DNA from: Haloferax volcanii DS2
GTDB taxonomy: Archaea; Halobacteriota; Halobacteria; Halobacteriales; Haloferacaceae
DNA length: 32,000 nucleotides
Direction: 5' to 3'
Assembly (NCBI RefSeq): GCF_000025685.1
Contig: NC_013967.1
Coordinates: 2,730,001-2,762,000, forward strand
This document shows positions 24,918 through 32,000 of the stretch, one piece after another; positions within the stretch are counted from its first letter, which is position 1; each line of letters begins with the position of its first letter. Made by a program: the position numbers and the translations under genes. Below the pieces are notes generated by a model that saw only the letters and a program-made list of their open reading frames with translations, did no database searches and was not told the origin of the DNA.

Positions 24918-25838
24918 ATGACCGCCTCGACACTCGCAGACCAACTCCGACAACCCGAGTACACCGGCGAGAACCGGTGTACGCCCTGTACCGTCGTGAA
25001 CGTCGTCATCGCCGCCGCGTTGAGTCTGGTGCTCGGCGTCGCGTGGCCGCCGCTCGGACTCGTCTCGTTCGCCCTCTTCGCGGGGGCCATCTACTTCCGC
25101 GGCTACCTGATTCCCGGCACGCCGACGCTCACGAAGACGTACTTCCCCGACCGGGCCCTCCGCTGGTTCGACAAGGAGCCGACGCAGACTCGCGTCGGGG
25201 CCACCGCATCCGCGCCTGGGTCGGCCGCCGATGACGACGTTGACGCCGAATCGTCGGGCGAGGAGGTCGAATCGGGGCAGTTAGACGGCGATGGCGCGTC
25301 AGTCGCGGCGTTCGACGCGGAGGCGACCTTGATGGACGCCGGCGCGTTGGAGTTGGACGAGAGCGGCGACGAACTCCGCCTCGCACCGTCGTTCGAATCG
25401 GCGTGGGACGACGAAATCGCGCGCACCGACGAGACGGTCGCTCGACGGTGGCTCGCCCGCTTGACCGGGGTCGACGAGGCCGATGTCACGCTGGAGTCTC
25501 GCGCTCGGAGCCGGTGGCTCGTGGCGATGGCCGACGGCACCACCCTCGGCACCTGGGAGTCGAACGGCGCGCTCGTCGCGGACGTGGCCGCCGATTCCGC
25601 CCTCGACGGTCGCCTCGACGACCGGGACCAGCTGACGGCCGAACAGCGGAGCGCGCTGGCGCGGGGGCTCCGCACCTACCTCAACAGCTGTCCGACCTGC
25701 GGCGGCGGCGTCCGGTTCGGCTCGGAGACCGCCGAATCGTGCTGCCGGTCGTGGGAGGTGTTCGTCGTCCGCTGTGAGGACTGCGAGACGCGACTGCTGG
25801 AAGTCGACGCCGAGGCGCTCGAACCCGAAGCCGCCTGA
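24918..25838 (+). CDS. uncharacterised membrane-anchored protein with a C-terminal CPTC...CxxC zinc ribbon (paralogue of 16435..17259)
   Basis: N-terminal CTPC, two TM helices (VVNVVIAAALSLVLGVAW, LVSFALFAGAIYF), an acidic linker, then LRTYLNSCPTCGGGVRFGSE...VVRCEDCETRLLEV. Confidence 0.78.
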   Translation: MTASTLADQLRQPEYTGENRCTPCTVVNVVIAAALSLVLGVAWPPLGLVSFALFAGAIYFRGYLIPGTPTLTKTYFPDRALRWFDKEPTQTRVGATASAPGSAADDDVDAESSGEEVESGQLDGDGASVAAFDAEATLMDAGALELDESGDELRLAPSFESAWDDEIARTDETVARRWLARLTGVDEADVTLESRARSRWLVAMADGTTLGTWESNGALVADVAADSALDGRLDDRDQLTAEQRSALARGLRTYLNSCPTCGGGVRFGSETAESCCRSWEVFVVRCEDCETRLLEVDAEALEPEAA

Positions 25839-25913
25839 GCCGCCGGACTGGCGCGTCGGCCGCGACGCTCCGCCGGCGAATACATTTTTGTCGGCTGACA
25901 ACAGTTTCTCCGT

Positions 25914-26096
25914 ATGAACAAGGCGCACTTCGAGGTGTTCGTCGACGCGGCCGACAAGTACCGCTGGCGACTCGTCCACGACAACGGGAACATCCTCGCC
26001 GACTCGGGCGAGGGCTACGCGTCGAAACAGAAGGCGAAACAGGGCATCGAGAGCGTCAAGCGGAACGCGCCCGACGCGGACGTTATCGAAGCGTAG
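25914..26096 (+). CDS. UPF0339 / YegP (DUF1508) family micro-protein (60 aa)
   Basis: MNKAHFEVFVDAADKYRWRLVHDNGNILADSGEGYASKQKAKQGIESVKRNAPDA is a single YegP repeat (F.......RW.L.A.NG..I..S.EGY.S...A..GI..V). An ATACATTTTT box lies about 28 nt upstream. Confidence 0.85.
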   Translation: MNKAHFEVFVDAADKYRWRLVHDNGNILADSGEGYASKQKAKQGIESVKRNAPDADVIEA

Positions 26097-26161
26097 TTCC
26101 GCGGTTCGAGCCCTCGATTCGCCTGAAATCGTCGGATAGCCCGCCGATTCGAGTACGAACC

Positions 26162-26199
26162 CCACACCGATGCCGGGTGTGGAGGCTTTTTCCGCCTCC
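26162..26199 (+). terminator. Tandem hairpins with a T5 tract after the YegP-like gene
   Basis: ccacacc-N7-ggtgtgg (26162-26182), then ggaggc-TTTTTcc-gcctcc (26181-26199). Confidence 0.6.
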
Positions 26200-26255
26200 G
26201 GGACTGACCGGAGAGTAATGACGAACGTCGCCGACGCGAGCGAGGAGGTCGCACG

Positions 26256-27005
26256 ATGAACCGAAACGACAAGCAGGCCTACGACCGCGGAACGTCGCTT
26301 TTCTCCCCCGACGGACGCATCTATCAGGTCGAGTACGCCCGGGAGGCCGTCAAGCGCGGCGCGCCGGTTCTCGGCGTCCGCACCGCCGACGGCGTCGTGC
26401 TGGCGGCGCTCCGGTCGACCCCGTCGGAACTCATGGAAGCCGAAAGCATCGAGAAACTGCACAAGCTCGACGACGCGCTCGGCGCGGCCACGGCCGGCCA
26501 CGTCGCCGACGCGCGGAAGCTCGTGGACTTCGCGCGGACGACCGCCCAGCGCGAGCACCTGCGCTACGGCGAGCCAATCGGCGTCGAGACGCTCACGAAA
26601 ACCATCACCGACAACATCCAAGAGAGCACGCAGTCCGGCGGCACCCGCCCGTACGGCGCGTCGCTCCTCATCGGCGGCGTCGAAAACGGCTCGGGTCGCC
26701 TGTTTGCGACCGACCCCTCGGGGACGCCCCAAGAGTGGAAGGCGGTCGCCATCGGCGGCCACCGCGAGGACGTCCAGGCCGCCCTCGAAGACGGCTACGC
26801 CGAGGACCTGTCGCTCGAAGACGGCCTCGCGCTCGCCGTCGAGGCGCTCGTCGCGGCCGACGAGGAAATCGAGAGCGACGAACTGAATCTCGTCACCGTC
26901 TCCGAGGCGGGCTACGAAATCGTCGACGAGGAGACCATCGCCGAGCTGTTCGCCGACGCGACCGCGGACGACGAGTCCGACGAGACGGACGAACGCGAGG
27001 AGTAG
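26256..27005 (+). CDS. psmA: proteasome subunit alpha (alpha-2 / PsmC-like paralogue)
   Basis: YDRGTSLFSPDGRIYQVEYAREAVKRGAPVLGVRT is the alpha-subunit N-terminal signature. The protein has an acidic C-terminal tail and a GGAGGT SD-like site 7 nt upstream. Confidence 0.95.
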   Translation: MNRNDKQAYDRGTSLFSPDGRIYQVEYAREAVKRGAPVLGVRTADGVVLAALRSTPSELMEAESIEKLHKLDDALGAATAGHVADARKLVDFARTTAQREHLRYGEPIGVETLTKTITDNIQESTQSGGTRPYGASLLIGGVENGSGRLFATDPSGTPQEWKAVAIGGHREDVQAALEDGYAEDLSLEDGLALAVEALVAADEEIESDELNLVTVSEAGYEIVDEETIAELFADATADDESDETDEREE

Positions 27006-27896
27006 ATGACAGACGGGAGCCCGACCGACGGTAACACCTCGGCGGCCGAGGCGGAGACGACAGCGGCCGCGGCCGCGGCCGCGGATGCGGAAGCGGGCGC
27101 GACTGCCGGCGCGGCGGCCGTGACGCTCGACCGCATCGCGGTCTACCCCGTGAAATCGCTCGACGCCGAGTTCGTCGACGCCGCCGACATCGTCGAGAAC
27201 GGCGGGCTCCGCGGCGACCGCGAGTACGCCATCTTCGACGAGGACGACGAGTACGTCAACGGCAAGCGCGAGCGGGCGGTCCTCCGAATCCGGAGTTCCG
27301 TCTCGCTCGCCGACGGAGCGGTCGAACTGTCGGCCCCCGAGATGGACGATTACGACGGCTCGATAGCCGAGGCCGACGGCTGGCTCTCGGCGTACTTCGG
27401 CTACCCGGTCGAACTCCGGCGCGACCCCGCCGGCGGGTTCCCCGACGACACCGAAGCCAGCGGCCCGACCGTCATCTCGACGGGGACGCTCGACGCGGTC
27501 GCCTCGTGGTTCGACGGCGTCGACGCCGACGAGATGCGCCGTCGCCTCCGGCCGAACCTCGTCTTCGACGCGAGCGAGCCGTTCTGGGAGGACCACCTGT
27601 TCGACCGGCGCGGGACGGTCGTCGAGTTCAGCGTCGGCGGGGTCGCCTTCGAGGGCGTCAACCCCTGCCAGCGCTGTGTCGTCCCGAGCCGCGACCCGGA
27701 CACGGGCGCGGAGACGGCCGACTTCCGGACGACGTTCATGACGAAGCGCCGCGAGACGCTCCCCGAGTGGTCCGGCGGCGACTGGTTCGACCACGACTTC
27801 CGGCTCATGGTCAACACCGCGGTGCCGGAATCGTCGTGGGGCGAGACGCTGTCGGTCGGTGACGCGGTCACCGTCGGTGACATCGTCCCCGAGTGA
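27006..27896 (+). CDS. MOSC domain-containing protein (YcbX/mARC-like, with MOSC_N beta-barrel)
   Basis: IAVYPVKSLD...GLRGDREYAI (MOSC_N), then RPNLV..., then GVNPCQRCVVPSRDPDTG (conserved MOSC Cys). The ATG immediately follows the psmA TAG. Confidence 0.85.
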   Translation: MTDGSPTDGNTSAAEAETTAAAAAAADAEAGATAGAAAVTLDRIAVYPVKSLDAEFVDAADIVENGGLRGDREYAIFDEDDEYVNGKRERAVLRIRSSVSLADGAVELSAPEMDDYDGSIAEADGWLSAYFGYPVELRRDPAGGFPDDTEASGPTVISTGTLDAVASWFDGVDADEMRRRLRPNLVFDASEPFWEDHLFDRRGTVVEFSVGGVAFEGVNPCQRCVVPSRDPDTGAETADFRTTFMTKRRETLPEWSGGDWFDHDFRLMVNTAVPESSWGETLSVGDAVTVGDIVPE

Positions 27897-27994
27897 GGGA
27901 GTCGGGTTTCGTCGCGTTCGAACGCCTCGCAGTCGGTCGGTTGTTCTTCGCTGACACCCGCGGCTTTAGGTCACCTGCCCGGGTTGACACACGT

Positions 27995-29152
27995 ATGTTC
28001 ACGCTAACCGGCGTGCGGGTCGTCGACGCCGACGGGACCCGCGAGGCGAACGTGGTGATAGACGAGTCGACCGGGCGCATCGCGTCCGTCGGCGACGAGA
28101 CCGAAGGCGAGACGGGACACTGCTCGGTGCGGTGGTCGCGCCGGGACTCGTCGACGCCCACGTTCACCTCATGATGGACGGTCGCCCCGACGTGGCCGCC
28201 TATCGGTCCGAGCCGGTCGAACGCGCCTGCTATCGGGCCGCGGCCAACCTCCGGAAGACGCTGGAAGCGGGCGTCACGACCGTCCGCGACCTCGGTTCGC
28301 CCGGCAACACTGCGACGAGTGCGAAGGCCGCAGTCGCCGCCGGCGAGCTCGACGGGCCGCGCGTCCTCGCCGCGGGGGGAACCCATCACCATGACCGGCG
28401 GCCACGCCCACTGGTTGGGTCGGGAGGCCGACGGTCCGGACGAGGTTCGCAAGGCCGCCCGAGAGCAACTGAAGCGCGGCGCCGACGTGGTGAAATGCAT
28501 CGCGACCGGCGGCGTCCTCACGCCCGGCGCGGTCACGGGCGCACCCGAGCTCACGGAAGCGGAAATTCGCGCCCTCGCGGAGGCCGCGAGCGCGAAGGGC
28601 GTCCCGACCGCGGCCCACGCCCACGGCGAGGACGGTATCAAAAACGCCGCCCGCGCGGGGGTTTCGAGCGTCGAACACGGGATGTTCATGGACGAGGAGG
28701 CCGCCGACCTCATGGTCGACAACGGCACGTACTGGGTGCCGACGGCCTCGGCCGTCCGCGAAATCGTCGAGGCGGGCGTCGAGGCCGGCATCCCGCCGGA
28801 GGCCGTCGCGAAGGCCGAAGACGCCGCCGAGCGCTTCGAAGGCGCGTGGTCCCACGCGCTCGACGCCGGCGTGAACATCGCCATGGGCACCGACGCGGGC
28901 ACGCCGTTCAACGACCACGGCGAGAACGCGCTCCGCGAGATGGAACTGCTCGTCGAGTACGGCCTGTCGCCCGCCGAAGCGCTCGAAGCCGCGACCGTCG
29001 GCGGCGCGGACCTCCTCGGGTTGGACGACGTGGGGAAGGTCGCCGAGGGCTACGTCGCGGACCTCGTCGTGCTCGACGCCGACCCGAGCGAGGACGCCGG
29101 CGCGTGGCGGACGGTCCGGCAGGTGTATCGAGAGGGCAAACGGGTTGTCTAA
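27995..29152 (+). pseudogene. amidohydrolase (COG1228-like metal-dependent hydrolase) disrupted by two frameshifts
   Basis: The N-terminus is in frame A (MFTLTGVRVVDADG...), with a stop at 28172. The conserved APGLVDAHVHLMMDG...GVTTVRDLG...GPRVLAAG is in frame A-1. Frame A resumes after the G6 run at 28374-28379 (EPITMTGGHAHWLG...AHAHG...GTDAG...ADLVVLD). Confidence 0.75.
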
Positions 29153-29197
29153 TCGCAACACGGCAGTCGGTATCACACCCGATTTGAAGCGACAACC

Positions 29198-29205
29198 TTT
29201 TACAA
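29198..29205 (+). promoter_or_regulatory. possible TATA box for tRNA-Glu
   Basis: TTTTACAA lies about 35 nt upstream of tRNA position 1; an alternative CAATATC is at 29212-29218. Confidence 0.35.
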
Positions 29206-29236
29206 TCGCGAGCAATATCTGGTGGTGTACCAACGT

Positions 29237-29311
29237 GCTCTGTTGGTGTAGTCCGGCCAATCATATCACCCTCTCACGGTGATGACCAGGGTTCGAATCC
29301 CTGACGGAGCA
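29237..29311 (+). tRNA. tRNA-Glu (anticodon CUC)
   Basis: Hand-folded cloverleaf: acceptor GCTCTGT/ACGGAGC, D-arm GTGT-AGTCCGGCCAA-TCAT, anticodon stem TCACC/GGTGA with loop CT-CTC-AC, 4-nt variable loop, T-arm CAGGG-TTCGAAT-CCCTG, discriminator A. 75 nt, CCA not encoded, no intron. Confidence 0.92.
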
Positions 29312-29381
29312 CTTCTCTCATCTCTCGAACCGTGAGCGGCAGCGAGCGTGTGCTTTTACGTGGCACGATTCCGCGCTGCAC

Positions 29382-30101
29382 CTACGAGTCGGGGTCACCG
29401 AGTTGCGACATCACGAGGTCCTCGGCGGTTCGCAGTCGGTACTGAACCGTCGAACGTGGCACGTCGAGCACGTCGCTGAGGTCTTCGACGGTCACCTTTC
29501 GCGGGCGCTCGTAGTAGCCGTGTTCGACGGCGGTTTCGAGCGCCTCCCAGTGAGCCGACGAGAGGTCGGCCGCGATGCGCGACTCGGCGTCCCAGTTACC
29601 GGCGCTCGTGAGGTGTTCGACGTCCAGTTGCAGTCCCTCTCTGAGCTGCGCCTCGATGGTCTCGTACAGTTCGCCGAGCGGGTGGTCGCCGGGATAGAGA
29701 ATGCGCCAGCGGTACGCGCCCGCGCGGCGGGACGACTCGAAGATGACCCCCGGCCCGACGTGTTCGAGGACGTAGCGCGGAATCGAGTGGCAGTTGCTCA
29801 CCTCCTCGCGGTAGGTGTAGACGGTCATCGAGTTGTCCGAGCGGTCGAGGACGTGGTAGTTGCGATGGGTGTGGCAGTCGGGCGCGTCGAGACACTCGTT
29901 ACACCGCGTCTCGTCGAGGAACACCTCCTCGAACGCCGACAGCGCCTCCGGCGTGCCGACGACGTGGTCGACCCGCCACATCACGTCCGTGGTGGACGAG
30001 CAGACCGACGACCGGGACCGCAGGCTCGGGTACTCGTAAAACAGGTCCATTAGCTCGTCGGTTCCCTCCGAGAAGCGAACGACGAATTCGAACTCGCGCA
30101 T
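29382..30101 (-). CDS. HTH_10 (bacterio-opsin activator-type) DNA-binding protein with a Cys/His cluster
   Basis: C-terminal LSSAHWEALETAVEHGYYERPRKVTVEDLSDVLDVPRSTVQYRLRTAEDLV is the HTH_10 motif. The N-terminal domain contains RCNECLDAPDCHTHRNYH. Confidence 0.87.
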   Translation of the reverse strand: MREFEFVVRFSEGTDELMDLFYEYPSLRSRSSVCSSTTDVMWRVDHVVGTPEALSAFEEVFLDETRCNECLDAPDCHTHRNYHVLDRSDNSMTVYTYREEVSNCHSIPRYVLEHVGPGVIFESSRRAGAYRWRILYPGDHPLGELYETIEAQLREGLQLDVEHLTSAGNWDAESRIAADLSSAHWEALETAVEHGYYERPRKVTVEDLSDVLDVPRSTVQYRLRTAEDLVMSQLGDPDS

Positions 30102-30440
30102 TCGGTTTTCGCTCTGTCGCGGAGCGACTTAGCAGGTACTAATCAGACACCGACCGCGTTCTACCTTCGCTCCGGTTCTGACTCGGCTTCGAGGCACACC
30201 ACTTGCTGAAGTTAGCAGATACCAACAGAACTGGGAGGGTACTTGAGCACGGAGTAGCGGCCACGACGAACGGACACCGAACGCCGCGCGTCAGGCGTGG
30301 TCTCCACCCGCTCTTTCGGACACGCGCTCGCGTCCCGCCGGTTCGTTCGTCCGCGGGGACCGGTTCCGACCGTCCCCACCCCCACCACCGACTGCACTCG
30401 AACGCTCCAACCAACCTCGGACGACGGCCGGGTCACCACC

Positions 30441-30448
30441 TATTTTAC
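30441..30448 (+). promoter_or_regulatory. TATA-like box for the leaderless amidohydrolase gene
   Basis: TATTTTAC is centred 28 nt upstream of the ATG at 30473. Confidence 0.5.
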
Positions 30449-30472
30449 GCCCGGTCGTCTACCCGCACGAGG

Positions 30473-31786
30473 ATGTTACTCGCGGGAACGGTGGTCGTCG
30501 ACGCGTCCACCATCATCGAAGAGGGTGCCGTCGTCGTCGACGGCGACCGAATCGTCGCGGTCGGAGCGCACGCGGACCTCACAGACCGGTATCCTAACCA
30601 CGAGCGACGCGAGTTCGGCATCGTCGCGCCGGGACTGGTCGGCGGGCACGTCCACTCGGTGCAGTCGCTCGGAAGGGGCATCGCCGACGACACCGAACTC
30701 TTGGATTGGCTCTTCGACCACGTACTCCCGATGGAGGCCGGTCTCGACGCCGAGGGGATGCGCGTCGCCGCCGAACTCGGCTACCTCGAATGCATCGAGT
30801 CCGGCACGACGACGGTCGTCGACCACCTCTCGGTTCGACACGCCGAGGAGGCGTTCGAGGCGGCGGGCGAGATGGGTATCCGCGGACGCATCGGGAAGGT
30901 GCTCATGGACACGAACGCTCCCGAGGGACTCCAAGAAGACACCGACGCGGGCCTCGCCGAGTCCGAGCGCCTCATCGAGCGCTATCACGACAGTTTCGAC
31001 GGGCGCATCCAGTACGCCGTCACGCCGCGGTTCGCCGTCACCTGCTCCGAAGCGTGTCTGCGGGGCGCCCGCGACCTCGCGGACCGCTACGACGGCGTCC
31101 GCATCCACACCCACGCGAGCGAGAACCGAAGCGAAATCGAGACGGTCGAAGACGAGACGGGAATGCGCAACATCCACTGGCTCGACGAAGTCGGTCTCAC
31201 CGGCGACGACGTCGTCCTCGCACACTGCGTCCACACCGACGACTCCGAGCGCGACGTGCTCGCAGAGACCGGCACGCACGTCACCTACTGCCCGTCGTCG
31301 AACATGAAGCTCGCGTCGGGTATCGCGCCGATTCCCGACTACCTCGACCGCGGCATCAACGTCGCACTCGGCAACGACGGCCCGCCGTGTAACAACACGC
31401 TCGACCCCTTCACCGAGATGCGACAGGCCAGTCTCCTCCAGAAAGTCGATGCGCTCGACCCGACGAGCACGCCCGCCGCGACCGTTTTCGAGATGGCGAC
31501 CCGCAACGGCGCGAAGGCCGCCGGCTTCGACCGCGTCGGCGAACTCCGCGAGGGGTGGAAGGCCGACATCGTCGGTATCGACGCCGACCGCACGCGAGCG
31601 ACGCCGCTCCACGACGTGCTGTCTCATCTCGTCTTCGCCGCCCACGGCGACGACGTGGTGTTCACCATGGTCGATGGCGACGTGCTCTACGACGAGGGCG
31701 AACACGTCCGCGCGGACGCCGACGGCATCCGAAAACGGGCACGGGCGGTCGCTGACGGTCTCGACTCGGCACCGACGAGCGACTGA
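30473..31786 (+). CDS. amidohydrolase of the ATZ/TRZ-MtaD nucleoside/nucleobase deaminase family
   Basis: APGLVGGHVHSVQSLGRGIADD..LLDWL (HxHxxQ), HTHASE, VLAHCVH, and ALGNDG. Start is the ATG at 30473 (MLLAGTVVVDAS); the upstream 90 aa of the track ORF is Arg/His/Pro junk. Confidence 0.88.
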   Translation: MLLAGTVVVDASTIIEEGAVVVDGDRIVAVGAHADLTDRYPNHERREFGIVAPGLVGGHVHSVQSLGRGIADDTELLDWLFDHVLPMEAGLDAEGMRVAAELGYLECIESGTTTVVDHLSVRHAEEAFEAAGEMGIRGRIGKVLMDTNAPEGLQEDTDAGLAESERLIERYHDSFDGRIQYAVTPRFAVTCSEACLRGARDLADRYDGVRIHTHASENRSEIETVEDETGMRNIHWLDEVGLTGDDVVLAHCVHTDDSERDVLAETGTHVTYCPSSNMKLASGIAPIPDYLDRGINVALGNDGPPCNNTLDPFTEMRQASLLQKVDALDPTSTPAATVFEMATRNGAKAAGFDRVGELREGWKADIVGIDADRTRATPLHDVLSHLVFAAHGDDVVFTMVDGDVLYDEGEHVRADADGIRKRARAVADGLDSAPTSD

Positions 31787-31894
31787 ACAGCGTCTCCGCC
31801 TGCGAGACCACCTCGCACGCGAGACCGGCCGGCCGCACCCGCGAGGCCCGCCGCCATCGTCGCCTCTTTCTCTCCGCGCGACGCCACCTGAGTC

Positions 31895-32000
31895 ATGACC
31901 GTCCGACTCCGCGCGGCGACGCCGTCCGACCTCCCCGCGATTCGGGAGATTTACGCGCCGTTCGTCGAGAACACCGCGATTTCGTTCGCCTACGACCCGC
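31895..32000 (+). CDS. probable GNAT family N-acetyltransferase, N-terminal 35 aa only (runs past the window end)
   Basis: ATG at 31895 gives MTVRLRAATPSDLPAIREIYAPFVENTAISFAYDP, a typical start for phosphinothricin/GNAT acetyltransferases. Absent from the ORF track because there is no stop in the window. Confidence 0.6.
   Translation, partial: MTVRLRAATPSDLPAIREIYAPFVENTAISFAYDP

Noticed and set aside
25299-27794. 831-aa ORF on the minus strand, the longest in the window
   Set aside because: It is antisense to four recognisable plus-strand genes (the zinc-ribbon paralogue, YegP-like, psmA, MOSC). It has an Arg/Gly/Val/Ala/Glu-rich, domain-free sequence. It is a GC-composition artefact.
28132-29187. 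351-aa plus-strand ORF as an intact amidohydrolase CDS
   Set aside because: Only its first 83 codons or so carry amidohydrolase motifs. After the G6 run at 28374-28379 this frame becomes Arg-rich nonsense, while the real C-terminal domain continues in the neighbouring frame. It is interpreted as part of a frameshifted gene.
30203-30472. 90-codon N-terminal extension of the amidohydrolase ORF
   Set aside because: The extension is Arg/His/Pro-rich with no acidic residues. A TATA box at 30441-30448 sits 28 nt upstream of the internal ATG 30473, and conserved amidohydrolase sequence begins there.
29150-30480. tRNA-Glu as an integration site for a mobile element or genomic island
   Set aside because: I found no integrase, no direct repeat of the tRNA 3' end downstream, and no compositional break. 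The flanking genes (HTH_10 regulator, amidohydrolases) have normal host-like GC content and acidity.
1-32000. CRISPR arrays, IS elements/transposases, toxin-antitoxin or other defence modules, rRNA or other large ncRNAs
   Set aside because: I saw no spaced direct repeats of 25-40 nt, no terminal inverted repeats flanking an ORF, and no transposase, integrase or Cas-like motifs in any frame. The only tandem repeats are short: a heptamer x3-4, and hexamers inside coding regions.

Overview
High-GC (about 65-70% by eye) DNA encoding very acidic proteins, so this is a haloarchaeal chromosome. From memory it looks Haloferax-like: thyA overlapping a DHFR gene, and a 60-aa UPF0339 micro-protein next to a proteasome alpha-2 gene, recall H. 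volcanii. I cannot verify that here. I call 37 CDSs (two cut by the window edges), one amidohydrolase pseudogene with two frameshifts, and one tRNA-Glu(CUC). Most genes appear leaderless, with an A/T box about 26-30 nt upstream of the ATG. Content is core housekeeping: nucleotide and folate metabolism (tdk, folP, mptE, thyA, folA), fumC, gatE, a TrmJ-like methyltransferase, mutY, phr, sod, proteasome alpha, assorted hydrolases and oxidoreductases, and two HTH_10 regulators. I found no transposase, integrase, CRISPR array, recognisable defence system or rRNA. This is an ordinary core region, not an accessory island. The points most worth a second look: (1) two diverged paralogues of an uncharacterised membrane-anchored CPTC zinc-ribbon protein; (2) an amidohydrolase broken by a -1 and a +1 frameshift, the +1 in a G6 run and the -1 probably in a short G run; (3) an uncharacterised Cys/His-rich protein overlapping the TrmJ-like gene by ATGA; (4) a tightly packed thyA-folA-DUF4177 unit and a psmA(alpha2)-MOSC pair; (5) a DHPS with an unexplained 115-aa C-terminal extension beside mptE, with a structured spacer between them; (6) three A/T-richer intergenic regions with orphan promoter boxes and hairpins that could be small RNAs or leaders. 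The many long Arg/Gly/Ala-rich ORFs antisense to real genes are GC-composition artefacts and were rejected.
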